NCBI RefSeq assembly: GCF_964204865.1
Contig: NC_135261.1
Location: 13,206,001-13,270,000, forward strand
Direction of reading: 5' to 3'
Length of the DNA: 64,000 bases
DNA from: Styela clava
Lineage: Eukaryota
The translations under genes were made by a program, and so were the position numbers. The notes under the pieces were generated by a model. It made no database searches. It had not been told where the DNA came from and worked only from the letters and a program-made list of their open reading frames with translations. How positions within the stretch are numbered: the first letter of the stretch is position 1; each line of letters starts with the position of its first letter. Below, piece after piece: positions 11,392 through 22,769 of this stretch.

Positions 11392-13685
11392 GTTTTGTTA
11401 AAAACAATTATTTCATAACTACATGGTTTAGTTTTGCATACATAGCAACATTGAATCTCCTTACAATGTCAGAAATTCAATTTTAGTAGAATAAATGGTA
11501 GTTTATTTCACTAATACAAGCAACGATCCATCGACAGCATCTAGCCACTTTCTATTGCGCTCTTCAGACTAAATTTGCGTTGCCGCGCGCATTTCGTTTT
11601 CCTAGTTTAAGCTTAGGGACTTGGGAAATATTTTATTAATTGGATTGGAATATTTGACCTCGTCTTTCACTCCGAACAAGGCCATGTAAAACCATCCACT
11701 GGTGTCTAAAGATGTGTAACGTATTTTATTTTGGAAGAACCGCAACCTTTCAGTGCTGCATTGACTTTGGCAAAATTAATATATCCTTGTGGAGATCAAA
11801 GGTATGCTTATGCGAAACCGAGATGTGCACCTGTTATGCCAACATAGTTGAGTCAAACGTTTTGAATACTGGTACATCACACACATTTTCCTACGTGCTT
11901 CGGTTGTACGTATAGTAACACGCACATTTTTGCGCACATGCATCAAATTTCACTTGATTATTGAGCTATAGGTTTTTGACGTGCTTTTGTGTATGATTTC
12001 ATTTCATAGAATTTGTATGCTGTTCTAAAAAATACTATAGTTTCAGCTTTTTCATTCATTCAAACCGCGAGTTGAAAGTAAGTTTTATAATATTGCGTGT
12101 TGGTTTTCAACATCCTTAAATCGGTGATGCCAGTAAATCTTTAATACAAAAAGATCAGTAACATCTGCAATAAAAACAGCAGTACCCACTCAAATGACAG
12201 CTGGGGGATGGATACTCTTAGTATCTGCTCCATCGCGTGCCTCCTACAGTCTTACCAGTTAACATGAGTGCCAATTGGTATCAAAGCTCAGCCAGACCCA
12301 AAAAAAGTTTCGGACTGCAGTTGGCGTGACGAAATGTTTTTAAATATACATTCTACAATTAGATTATTTGATTGCATACTACTGAAAGTTCCGCCTTATA
12401 TGTCTTTTCCCATTGCGCTATTCCTTTACTGATATTCGATAATATGACGCTCATCTGACATAGTTCTTAAAGTGTGTAGATGGGTATAATCTTTTCCACG
12501 CTGTTCAGATGGGAATGCGCGAATATATACAAGAATTGCTAATATTGGTTTGCAATGCGATGAAATCCCATCTTGGCATTTCTGCCTCTCGGAATTGCTG
12601 CGTATACTTATTGGGGAAGTTCTGTGGCGTGGTTATCAAATGAAAAAAAAAACATGGTAGTATTTTTTCTACTTCTCTTGTACTATCAAACCTTGACATT
12701 TTGTAAAAACTTTTTTCCATGCAACCTTTTTTTAAAACATCCCCAACAACCACAATTAATTCTGTTATTAAACTTCCGAAAAAACACATAAAATCATTAA
12801 CAGATGCATATCACCAAGTAGATATTGCTGAATTGATCTTTATTTTACCATTTTTCATGTAATTCTTCTTGATAAACCTGTTATCTATCGTAAATACAGC
12901 ACATTTGACAATGTTGTAGTGTGCCTTTTTCGGCCTCACATTTTTTGATATTTGTAGTTAGAGCTCTCGGGGCTCTGTCAAACAAAGTTACATACAAAAT
13001 ATTGGTTGTAAATTGCAAAATATGATCATGTTGTTGGAATAACTTGCCATTTTACCACCCGTATATCATTCATTGCTGAGAATATTAAGAAAATCATAAA
13101 ATTTAAAAATCCGTTTTTGTAAAATTTTTGTTGTAGCTGAATTCGAGGGACAGCATGACAACAGACAAGAGAAGCACGGTCGCCTCTTTTAGTTTATGAC
13201 AGGGTTTCTTAAAAGGGGACCCCGTCCTCCTTGGAGGCCGCTGATCGGTTATCTGGGAGCACGAACAAACAGAGGGAAATGCAAATATATAATAACAATG
13301 TATTTTTATGGAAGAGAAGAAGCAAAAGTGTTAAGAGTCTTTGGTAGTTTGAAAAGCATTGGCATGGAACATAAGAATGAACTACATTCTTTCCCAGGGA
13401 TATACTATAAAATGTAGTATTTTCTCATTCTTGTTCTCGTGATATCATTATCTTTCACTGCGTCGTCGTGATCATCCCGCCGCATATCAATTCTCGCTAA
13501 CAAATAATTGACTGTTCTCCACCGGGTGTATATCCACTTGAACCACTGGCGACTGCATTAGCAGGCTTGTATTGTTAATTGCAACAAAAACGGGTATTTT
13601 GAAATAGTACTCTTTACTTTACGGGTATGTTTCGACAGTATTTCCATATACTGTATTTGGGTCGCGACCCAAAGCTGGGATTAAC

Positions 13686-14006
13686 AAATACCTAAAAGTT
13701 ATTGATTTTATTTCCTAGTAAATTTGGTGCTTGCGTAGTTTGTGCACCAAGATTGCGCACAACCTGAACATAGTATTGTAACAGGTTATGCATCATTATG
13801 ATGCACATGTTTGACGAAAAACACTAATACAAATATCTCAATAAATACCTAAAAGCTATTGATTTTATTTCCTAGTAAATTTGGTGCTTGCGTAGTTTGT
13901 GCACCAAGATTGCGCACAACCTGAACATAGTATTATAAAAGGTTATGGTTCAGGTTGTGCGTCATTATGATGCACAGGTTTGACGAATAACACTAATACA
14001 AATATC
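13686..14006. repeat. ~157-bp tandem duplication, each unit carrying a decayed copy of the foldback MITE
   Basis: Units start at 13686 and 13843 (AAATACCTAAAAG...). The MITE arm GGTGC...GTGCACCAAGATTGCGCACAACCTGAAC starts at 13726 and 13883. Confidence 0.85.
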
Positions 14007-15235
14007 AAGCCGTAAAAAAAATTGCTCAAGGTTGCAAACTCCACACCCGTGTAGAAATGATGGGCAATGACCCCAAGATGCATAATCACAAATAAAAAAA
14101 ACTTTATGTCTGTAATCAAACTTGGGCCAAAAAGGTCCCCTTATCTGCCGGACTATAAAGCAATTTATTCCGAAAAGCATCTTTTGAATATTGTCAACAA
14201 CGCACCATCTAACGGCAGGTAAAGATTTTGGTACGGGTACTATTATGATGAGCTCGTCTTTTGTCTTTAGCCCGCCAAACTCTCAGCGTCGGATACAAAA
14301 ATTTTACAGTCCGTTCAGCCAGTTGGTCACTGGTTAAGTTGCCAGTAATTTCTGTCTATTCAACTGTTTCTGTTGCTAACCAAACTCGAGAGTAATCCGT
14401 AGTGTTAATCTGACTGTTATCTGCCGTTAATTCCCATATCAGCTGCTAGTGAGATCACCATTTTGCATCACAATATTCTCATGTGTGCGCTGCGCAAACA
14501 GCAGAAAATAATCTCAATTGTATCGCTTTCACCGCCATGAGTTCACGAGGATAAATGTGGAACAATTTGCATTTAAAAAAAAATAGATTATCAATGCATT
14601 ATATATTATGAGATATATATAACAAATTATTAGCTTAGGCCCTTTTGGTACATACTGCCTTGTCCCGAGCTTCAAGTAAAATTAACAGTCCAATAAAAAT
14701 AGAGAACACGAGACGAAGTATTTCTCATCAACGGACATATTCTCGAGCATATAGTCCCGGATTCTACATGTTTATAAATATTGTCGCATGAATGATTATA
14801 GTCATGTCAATGCATGCACCAACTGAAACCTGAACAACAATTCACGGTTTATCTTGATTATCTATTAATCATTGTGTAATTCCAGTTCCAATTTATTAAT
14901 TTGTTATTTATTTATGCGTGTTGAACCGATTGATTTATTAAAGCGTAGCGGAGTTCGACATGAGCTTAGCTCTGGTCGAATATGTCATAGTTTGGAAAAA
15001 AGTTCGAAGCCGAGCGCAAGTGTTGCTAAAACAGGTGTCTAGTAAGAATGAAGGAGATACAACATAATTATAGTACAATGAACGGAAAATAAATTTATCT
15101 GCGAGATGATTATATCTCTAGAAGGCCTCCTCCTAAGAGGACAAATTACGTTCTTCACATCTGGTTTGATTAACTAAGTCTGTACTGCCAATCGAATGCA
15201 ATTTTTATACGAAAACTTTTTATTATTGTGTTCAA

Positions 15236-15475
15236 GCAGGTTCGAATTCCAGGGAGGATAACTATGAGCGAGAGGATTCCTGTAGTCTTCGCTGCCTTAT
15301 GGTGGTCGGTACGGCTTTCTCCACCATCAGGTTTGTGCATCTGAAACAAATAACTGGCAAACCGATTCCCTATACCTGACATGGTAATTTGACAAGAGGC
15401 TGTGGGTCGCAAAATGATTGGGCTGTCTTATCGGCATTCCCCTCCACCGGGATAAATATGTAAATCCCATCTTAT
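15236..15475 (+). mobile_element. tRNA-derived SINE-like element (5'-truncated)
   Basis: Pol III B-box-like GGTTCGAATTCC at 15239-15250. The 3' half is homologous to an inverted copy at 42563-42701 and shares TGCATCTGAAACAAA and GTCTTATCG...GATAAATATGTAAATCCCAT. Confidence 0.6.
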
Positions 15476-15680
15476 CCCAAACGTCTATAGCTTGAATCAA
15501 AAATGTGGTAAAAAGACGATGAAAATGGAGGATTGAGTCATAGGCATTGTTGATTCGAAACTTATTTCATTCTGTTTCCTCGAAAAACACATACCTACTA
15601 AAAACTAAACTACTACAAATTACTATTTCCTCCTGACTATACGATCACATATGCATATCTTTCATGAAACTATAGTTGAA

Positions 15681-15686
15681 TTTATT
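15681..15686 (-). terminator. Candidate polyadenylation signal (AATAAA) of the protocadherin
   Basis: TTTATT on the + strand about 46 bp past the stop codon at 15732. The AT-rich context makes a chance match possible. Confidence 0.35.
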
Positions 15687-15731
15687 GTTGAAACATAAAA
15701 GGAAGAAAAATAATATAAAAATTTAAATAAC

Positions 15732-18700
15732 TCATACGAGTAAACTCTCTATTCCGTCCAAAATTTCTCGGGCCTCTTGCATAGAAACTTTCATTTCAGT
15801 CGGCTGCCGAGTTGGGCTAGAATGTCTTGAAGATAAATGAGATAAATTACTGAGTGAGCTTTTTGACAAGGGAATAACATTCAAGTCACATGGACGAGGA
15901 ACGCGTCTTGTGTTGTACTGCGTTTCACCGCGAGCCAAAACGGGTGCCTGATGTACATACGAGTCTTTTGATGAATAGTTCACCTCGTACACAGCATCTA
16001 GTTGCCGATATGTGGAACATAGTTGAGCTGTTGTTGTGTTTGTGTTGTAATTAGAGGGTAATGTGGGATATGGTTGGGGCAATGGCGCTAGATGAGCATC
16101 AAAATCCGTTTGTCGTGGCCTATGTCCGTGTCTTAGGCCGTGATGTCGTAATCGATAGCACGCTCGTCTGTTGTCGTCTTCTTGGACTGCGTCGTACACA
16201 CTGTGATGAGACGTTGCCTCGGACGGCGCAAAAGAGCCATTGTCAGTATTTGACGTAGAAGCATAAGAACATCTGCTACTGTTCTTCCTACTCGGGGCTT
16301 CTCTATCAGGACTGTAGTACCTGGATCTCAACTTGTCCCAATCGTAAGATAGCGCACCGTTCGATGGATTTTGAAATCTACCTCCGATCTCATCTAAAAT
16401 TATGGAAATTGTTAACAAAGGTGGTAGTTGATAAAAAATCAGATTTTGATAGATCTTCATCTCATAGTGTTATTTTTAGAATACATTAGCATAATAATCA
16501 TGTTTACTAATAGAACTTACTTTTTGTTGGCATCCAGCACTCATCACTGTGTCCATATATTCTGCATGTCTCGGTACATTGAGCTCCCAACTCTTTTCTT
16601 TGATGGTAGGCTGAATACAAAAAATAATTTAAGTTATAGTAACAAATCACAAAAAAAGTAGGAAAAAAATGATTTTATTGTAATTTTACCTCTTGATTCA
16701 TTGACTAAGAGACTCGCTGCTTCCACATCGCTTTCGCCCTTGCCGCTGTCACTGTCACACGCTGATGAAGCTCTACCGCCACCGACGTCTAACGATGGCA
16801 CTGTCTGCAATTGGAAATTGAAATCTCAATAGAAAATTGAAGTAAAGCAGTTAAGGTTAAGAAAATCGTTTTAGAAAATATATTCGACTTTTTTTCCGCA
16901 ATGTCAAATATTCAGTTATAACGTACCAAATTGTGAATGTGGTGGATATTGGTTGAACTCTTAAGATGTTCCGGAAGTATTTGCTTCGGTTCACTGCTTA
17001 CCTGAAAGCTCTCTGACTTGGTCCTGTGTGTGAAATAAGATTCCAATAAGAGAAATGCATGTTCACTTCATAAACAATAAATCTCATGTGTTATGTAACT
17101 TACGGTTGATAGTCTCCCTTTTCACCTTTTACGTTATTCATTTCTGTTGTACTATTTTTATTAAGAGATTTGACGGAGAGTCGGATTTCAGGTTTTGCAA
17201 ATTTGTCTTGTGAATTTTGCCTGCTCAATCCTGCTTTGTTCATGCTGTTGATTTCCTGTGAAAAAAGGCACACATCCTTTAAAATATTTTAATACCTTGT
17301 AATATATTGTATATCTAGTTTTGTTATGGTATGTTTACCTCACAGTTTGTAATAATTCATTGTAATTAGAAGACTTACCCTGTTCATTCTCCGGCATTTA
17401 ACGACGACTCCAATGATTAAAAACACCAAAAACGCTGCTGCACAGCCCAGTGAAATAGCAAGGACCAGGAAATTAACTGACGCGGACGAGACCTCCATAT
17501 TTCTCCTGTTGCTGTTACCATACTCTCCCACTGCAATTCTAAGAAGAATGTTTGTTTCTTGAGGTACAGGGCCGGAATCTTTAGCCTGGTGAGTTTAAAA
17601 TAAAAATAGGATAATGTTAGATACTAACAATAATGATAGAAGTTAGCGTTTTGAATAATATGGTTTTTGCTTATTTCTAGAAGACAATTTACCTTTATTA
17701 TGATACTGTGCACTCCAATTGCATTTGTGACATTCGGCTTGCTGAAATTAAGGCGAAGATCTCCACTGACCGGATTCAGAATAAAATATGAATTGGTGTT
17801 ATTTAAATTTGACTTCTTTTCCGATGACGTCAGTTTGGGAATGATGTAATAAGACACTTTTCCGTTCTTGTCGTGATCAACATCTCTGGCCTGAAAGTAG
17901 GTAGTGACATTTTAAGTTTGGTGGATCAAAATTCGTAAGGATTTCAAATATTACAAAAATTCATGTAATGAATATGATGAATACGGAATTAAGTACAAAA
18001 CTTCCCTCCAAATACTACCGGAACAAGGTATAGTCACACTCACACGATTAGGCTATAATATATAGCATTTCGTACGTTTTATTTGCTTTGAAATTATAAT
18101 CAAAATTTTAAATATAAAACACCGTGAAACTAACATTTCAGTCACTGTGCACTTTAATGCGGTATATCCACTGTACGAGTGCGTATTTAAGTATGTTTGA
18201 GTGTAAAAAAAAATTAGTTACCTTAATCGTAGTTATGACTTCATTGGTTGAAATATCCGCGTATATTAAAGAATTATTTACTCCTGGGTTGACGAATATC
18301 GGTGCATTGTCATTAACATCAGTAACTTTGACGATAACTGTCGAAAAACTTTCCAGAAATGGCGATCCTCCGTCTCTCGCGGATACCGTGAGCTGTGAGA
18401 TAAAAATATACAATAAGATTTGGAAATCACTTTGTTTGTAGGAATTTTATTGTTGCGTGAGAACCCACCTTCCATTCCGATCTTTTTTCCCGGTCTAGTG
18501 GTGAAATCAATCGAATAAGTCCTGTTCCTTTGTCAATGCTGAAAACTCCTGCGTTCCCACGCGTGATCGAAAATGTTACGTCGCCGTTACGAGATTTTAC
18601 AATATGGTCGGTCTAAATAGAAAATGATCATAATTGAAACATTGTGACGAAAAATAATTATTAGTAAAAAAAAGCAGGATCGTCATAAAATAAAACAGAC

Positions 18701-21700
18701 CTTGTTACGTGTGAGTGCAAATCCGTTTGCACTATCTCCGTCGTTGGCAATAATTTTGGCCACTGTTGTTCCCACATAAGCATCTTCACGCATCGTTACA
18801 GTTTTAAGTGGCGTTTCTATGTTTGGCGCGTATTCATTTACGTCCAAAATAACGACAGTGATTTCTTTATTAGAACACCTAATAATAAAGTGTGAAATTA
18901 ATATAATTTACATAATTGACGTTACAGAATTTCTCAGAATCGAGATATACCAAATTGGTTATACGGCTTTTACTAATCATGAAATTATCGTGGTTGAATT
19001 TGATCTTTATGATTGAGGGAGAGGAAAAACTTCGCAAAATCTAAATCTTACCTTTGTGGGGTACCTTGATCGCAAGCTCTGATAAATATTCGATACTGAC
19101 TACAAGTCTCTCTGTCAAAAATTTCTCGAGTTTCCAAAAACCCATCCTCTGTGAGAGCAAAATGTCGGTCATTCTGGTCTGAAAGAAACACAAAAAATTA
19201 CAAGAAAGAGTTAAAAATGACGTGAGAGAGTTTAAAAAAAGGAATTTAAATAAGGAGGCCAGTTCATACCTTTGTCATTTTTGTTTCTTTTTGAGTTCGC
19301 TCGAAGTGTTGTAAGAGATACTTCAAGTTTTCCATTCTTGCCGTGATCAGAATCGCTTACTGATATCTTAGCGATATAACTCCCGTTCCCAGTGGATTCG
19401 GAAACATAAACTGCGGAAAATGTAAGAATTTACTTTATTGTACTAAATTCTATATTGTCATCTCGAGGTTTTGGTACAAAACTCACCAGTATCTTCGTCC
19501 GATTGTGATATGTAATCGGCCGTAATAACCGGCGAGTTATCGTTGATGTCTTTAACGTTGATCGTTAACCATGTCTCACCAGTTTTGGGATTTTCGGGAT
19601 CAGAATCTCTTGCTTCGATTAGTACACGAAGTCTGAATATAAAGAAATTGTATAATAAAAGTTAAGCATAAATTTTATTGCAACTTACGGCCTAATATGA
19701 TTTTAAAAGGGCTTCGAGTAGACGTCCGACTCTGAATAAAGATTAAATGGATTTTATATGTATTCCAGTAATAGGGTAGCGACCCAGCCAAAATCGATTA
19801 TGCTAGGGGTGAGCCAACTTGTTCTCTCGTAATAAAAAAATTCCTCGCGAAATTTACTTTGAATGACTTGAGAAAAATGGGCGTATAACTTTAAAAGAGA
19901 GAAACTATATATATATTGCATCAATTTGCCTACTACATTTTGAAGTATTTATTTGTATCAACTATTAACATACCCGTTATGCTTCTCCCTGTCAAGGGAC
20001 TCTCTGATCCACACTGTTCCCCGGTTTTCATCAATTCTGGCTAATTTTTGAACTAGTTTGCTGTTTCTCGTGGATATAAAATAACGAATGTGGCCGTAAA
20101 GACCGCTGTCTGGATCATGAGCTTTTAACATAGCAATTGTGGTGCCACGAGGTGCGTTTTCTTCGATGGAAATAATATACTCCTGGAAAAGGGTAAATGG
20201 ATAAATGTTAACAAAACTATAGAATTTTACTTGGACAATGTCGGCCCAAAAGTAAAATCGGCAAAACAAGCTTGTCTCTTCATTTAATTATAGAGTCAAG
20301 GTTTGCTTTGGATTTTTGGGGTGCTTTGAAGTTCTAAGAAATCAAGCCTATAAAATGAATTTACGTTTGGGATTGAAAATTTCCATATTGTGTTTTGTAT
20401 TATATTTGATTAAATTCAGAAATAAATGCTATTTGAATAAATCTTACCTCCTCCTCAAATATTGGTTGATTATCATTCACATCAATTATATTAATCACCA
20501 AGCGCATCTGTCCTGCCAATGAAGGAGCGCCCGCATCTCTGGCCCAGACGTCTAATTTAATTTCAGGAGCAGTTTCGTGATCTAAAAGTGACAAATTGAA
20601 TGAACGCACGATTATATTATGAAATTGACAGAAAATTGAATCACAAATGATTACAATTAAGCTAAAAATTTGTCACGGGTAGGGACGTTGATCAAATGGT
20701 CAAAAATTGATGTTGTTGTACTCACCAAGCTCGTCAATAACATACAGGCGAAGATGAGAAGAATTTTTATCGTCCACAAAAAATTTCAAATTGAATTGTT
20801 TGTTTTGTGTCGTAGTATATCGAAGATGAGAATTTCGGCCTGTTTATGAATAAGAAAACATGATTTAAATTATGAACTAATATAATACTATCATATTTGA
20901 ATACCTTGTGCCATATTACCATGTATTTATTGAGGCCTCGCTTCAAGAAAGTGATTCCTTACCGAAATCGTAGTCTTTAGCTTGGTACGCGTCAAGGTTT
21001 ATGACGTCACCAATTGCAGAACTTTCAGAAACATTCAACTGGAGCGTTGCTACTGGAAACGTAGGTTTGTTGTCGTTTACGTCATCAATAACGATATCCA
21101 ATTCAACCAACTTGAATGCGGCGTGTGGTAGAACCGCGATCTAGAAGCAATAAAACTTGCGTTTGTTTTAGGTGGAGAATAGGGTAAATTTTCGGGATAC
21201 TGTTATGTCAGTGCTTTCACACAGCGAAATTCGACTTACTTACAATATTGCCAAATGAGATATATTTTTACCATGAGCAGGGTTATGGGTACCGTTACAC
21301 AATACCTCAAAATTAAATGGCTTATCATATTACTACTATAGGCTTACCTGAGCTTTGATTATGCATGTTTGGACTCCAGAGCAAATTTCATCTCTATCGA
21401 AGACTTTGGCTAGTTTGACTGTACCCGTATTTCGTTCAATCTCCAGAAATTTCTCTTTGATTTTTAGATCAGTTTCGAAACCATTTGAAATTGCGTGAAC
21501 CTTTTGTGAAATTAATTTGTAGGTCCGTGAATGGCTATTCCTGCTCCCAGTAATGAGTTGCGAAACTTCAACAACGATTTCACCTGAAAGTAACAGACGA
21601 TGCCAGTGAAAAACGCGCCGAATATAGTAGTTTGTAAACAAAGAAAGATATATAATAGGTAAAAATAACTATGTGAAGTCTGGTAACGCTAATGTTGATC

Positions 21701-22769
21701 AAATATATTCTAGACTGTCCCATTTATTTAAACAAAAAAATACAAATGAACTAAAGGCAAATTACGAATTTGAAAAAAATTGCGACAATCTTGCGGATGT
21801 GAACCGTTTCGAAATATACGAATGAATTGAGTTTCTCACAGGTAAACCATGCGTTGTCCAATGAAACAAAATAACAAAAAATAACAAAGTCTTGCTCCAA
21901 TAAGATAACACGATTAGATCACGAAATTAGGTATGTCATTTGCAAAGTTTTCCAAAAGGGCAACTTCTAAAAATAACTACGTTTTTCACGATGTAGATTC
22001 AAGAATCGAACCCCTGTATTCTACGGCCCAATCTTCAACAATACATATTGAATTTCACTAAGGCGATGCCAACGTAAACACTAAATTTGTTTAAGCATAC
22101 ATAATTGATTATAATATAATGACGCTGGCTTGCGAGTTCGCTTTCATCCTTCTCAACCTAACCAAGAACGCTGAGATGTCGACAAACGAAAGAACAAAAT
22201 AGGAAGTTAGATTATATCATACTAAAAGTATACGGACGTAGTAGGACGATTTCATCATCGTCTGACTTTGAATTCAAGCAAATATCATCATTTAATAACT
22301 TAAACCGTGACTATTGTAAACTAGTAAATAATCTAAAATACATTAAAATAACATCAATTGCGATTTACTGATTTTAGTTGAATAAATACATGCTATCGAG
22401 AGGTAATGCAATATTTTAAACCCAAGATAACGACAGAAATACGGGCCGGTGAAAACTCCAAATAATCTTTCATTTAGGCGATTGGGGAATAGATAAAACA
22501 GCCCTTTGCCTGGACGGAATATTATAAATTGGAAAGACCGGGAATTTACGATTATGATATAACACTCTCAAAGTGGCTTTTAAAATTGAATCTCAATCCA
22601 TTCGGTGAGTATAAATACAAATATAATATAATTAGGCAAAAAGTTGGTGTAAAATACCTTTGCTTATACTTTCTTGAATGTGTACAGTTGATTTCACTCG
22701 TCGTGGAGCTGCATTTCCATGTTCCAAAATACAAAATAATAAAACTACACTGCGTAACAAGTCCACCAT
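15732..22769 (-). CDS. Delta2-type (non-clustered) protocadherin: signal peptide, 6 cadherin repeats, TM, cytoplasmic CM1 and CM2; ~1136 aa
   Basis: 19 exons with consistent phases: 22769-22658, 21583-21348, 21140-20963, 20839-20726, 20581-20448, 20182-19974, 19632-19487, 19410-19270, 19178-19052, 18878-18701, 18612-18469, 18392-18222, 17890-17693, 17585-17379, 17255-17104, 17023-16927, 16804-16690, 16610-16521, 16393-15732 (3411 nt). Kozak GCCACCATGG. EC1 has DRDEIC-x5-C. Linkers are DVNDNKP, DVNDNQP, DINDNSP, DVNEYAP and DVNDNAP. TM FLVLAISLGCAAAFLVFLIIGVVV; CM1 DSDSGKGESD; CM2 CTETCRIYGHSDECWMP. Confidence 0.95.

Noticed and set aside
21835-21940. Hydrophobic minus-strand segment with a GTGAGA donor as the protocadherin signal-peptide exon
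   Set aside because: No in-frame upstream ATG. Exon 22769-22658 has a perfect Kozak, a signal peptide and the correct phase.
21995-22040. B-box-like GGTTCGATTC on the minus strand as a tRNA gene
   Set aside because: No A-box or cloverleaf; at most a SINE fragment.
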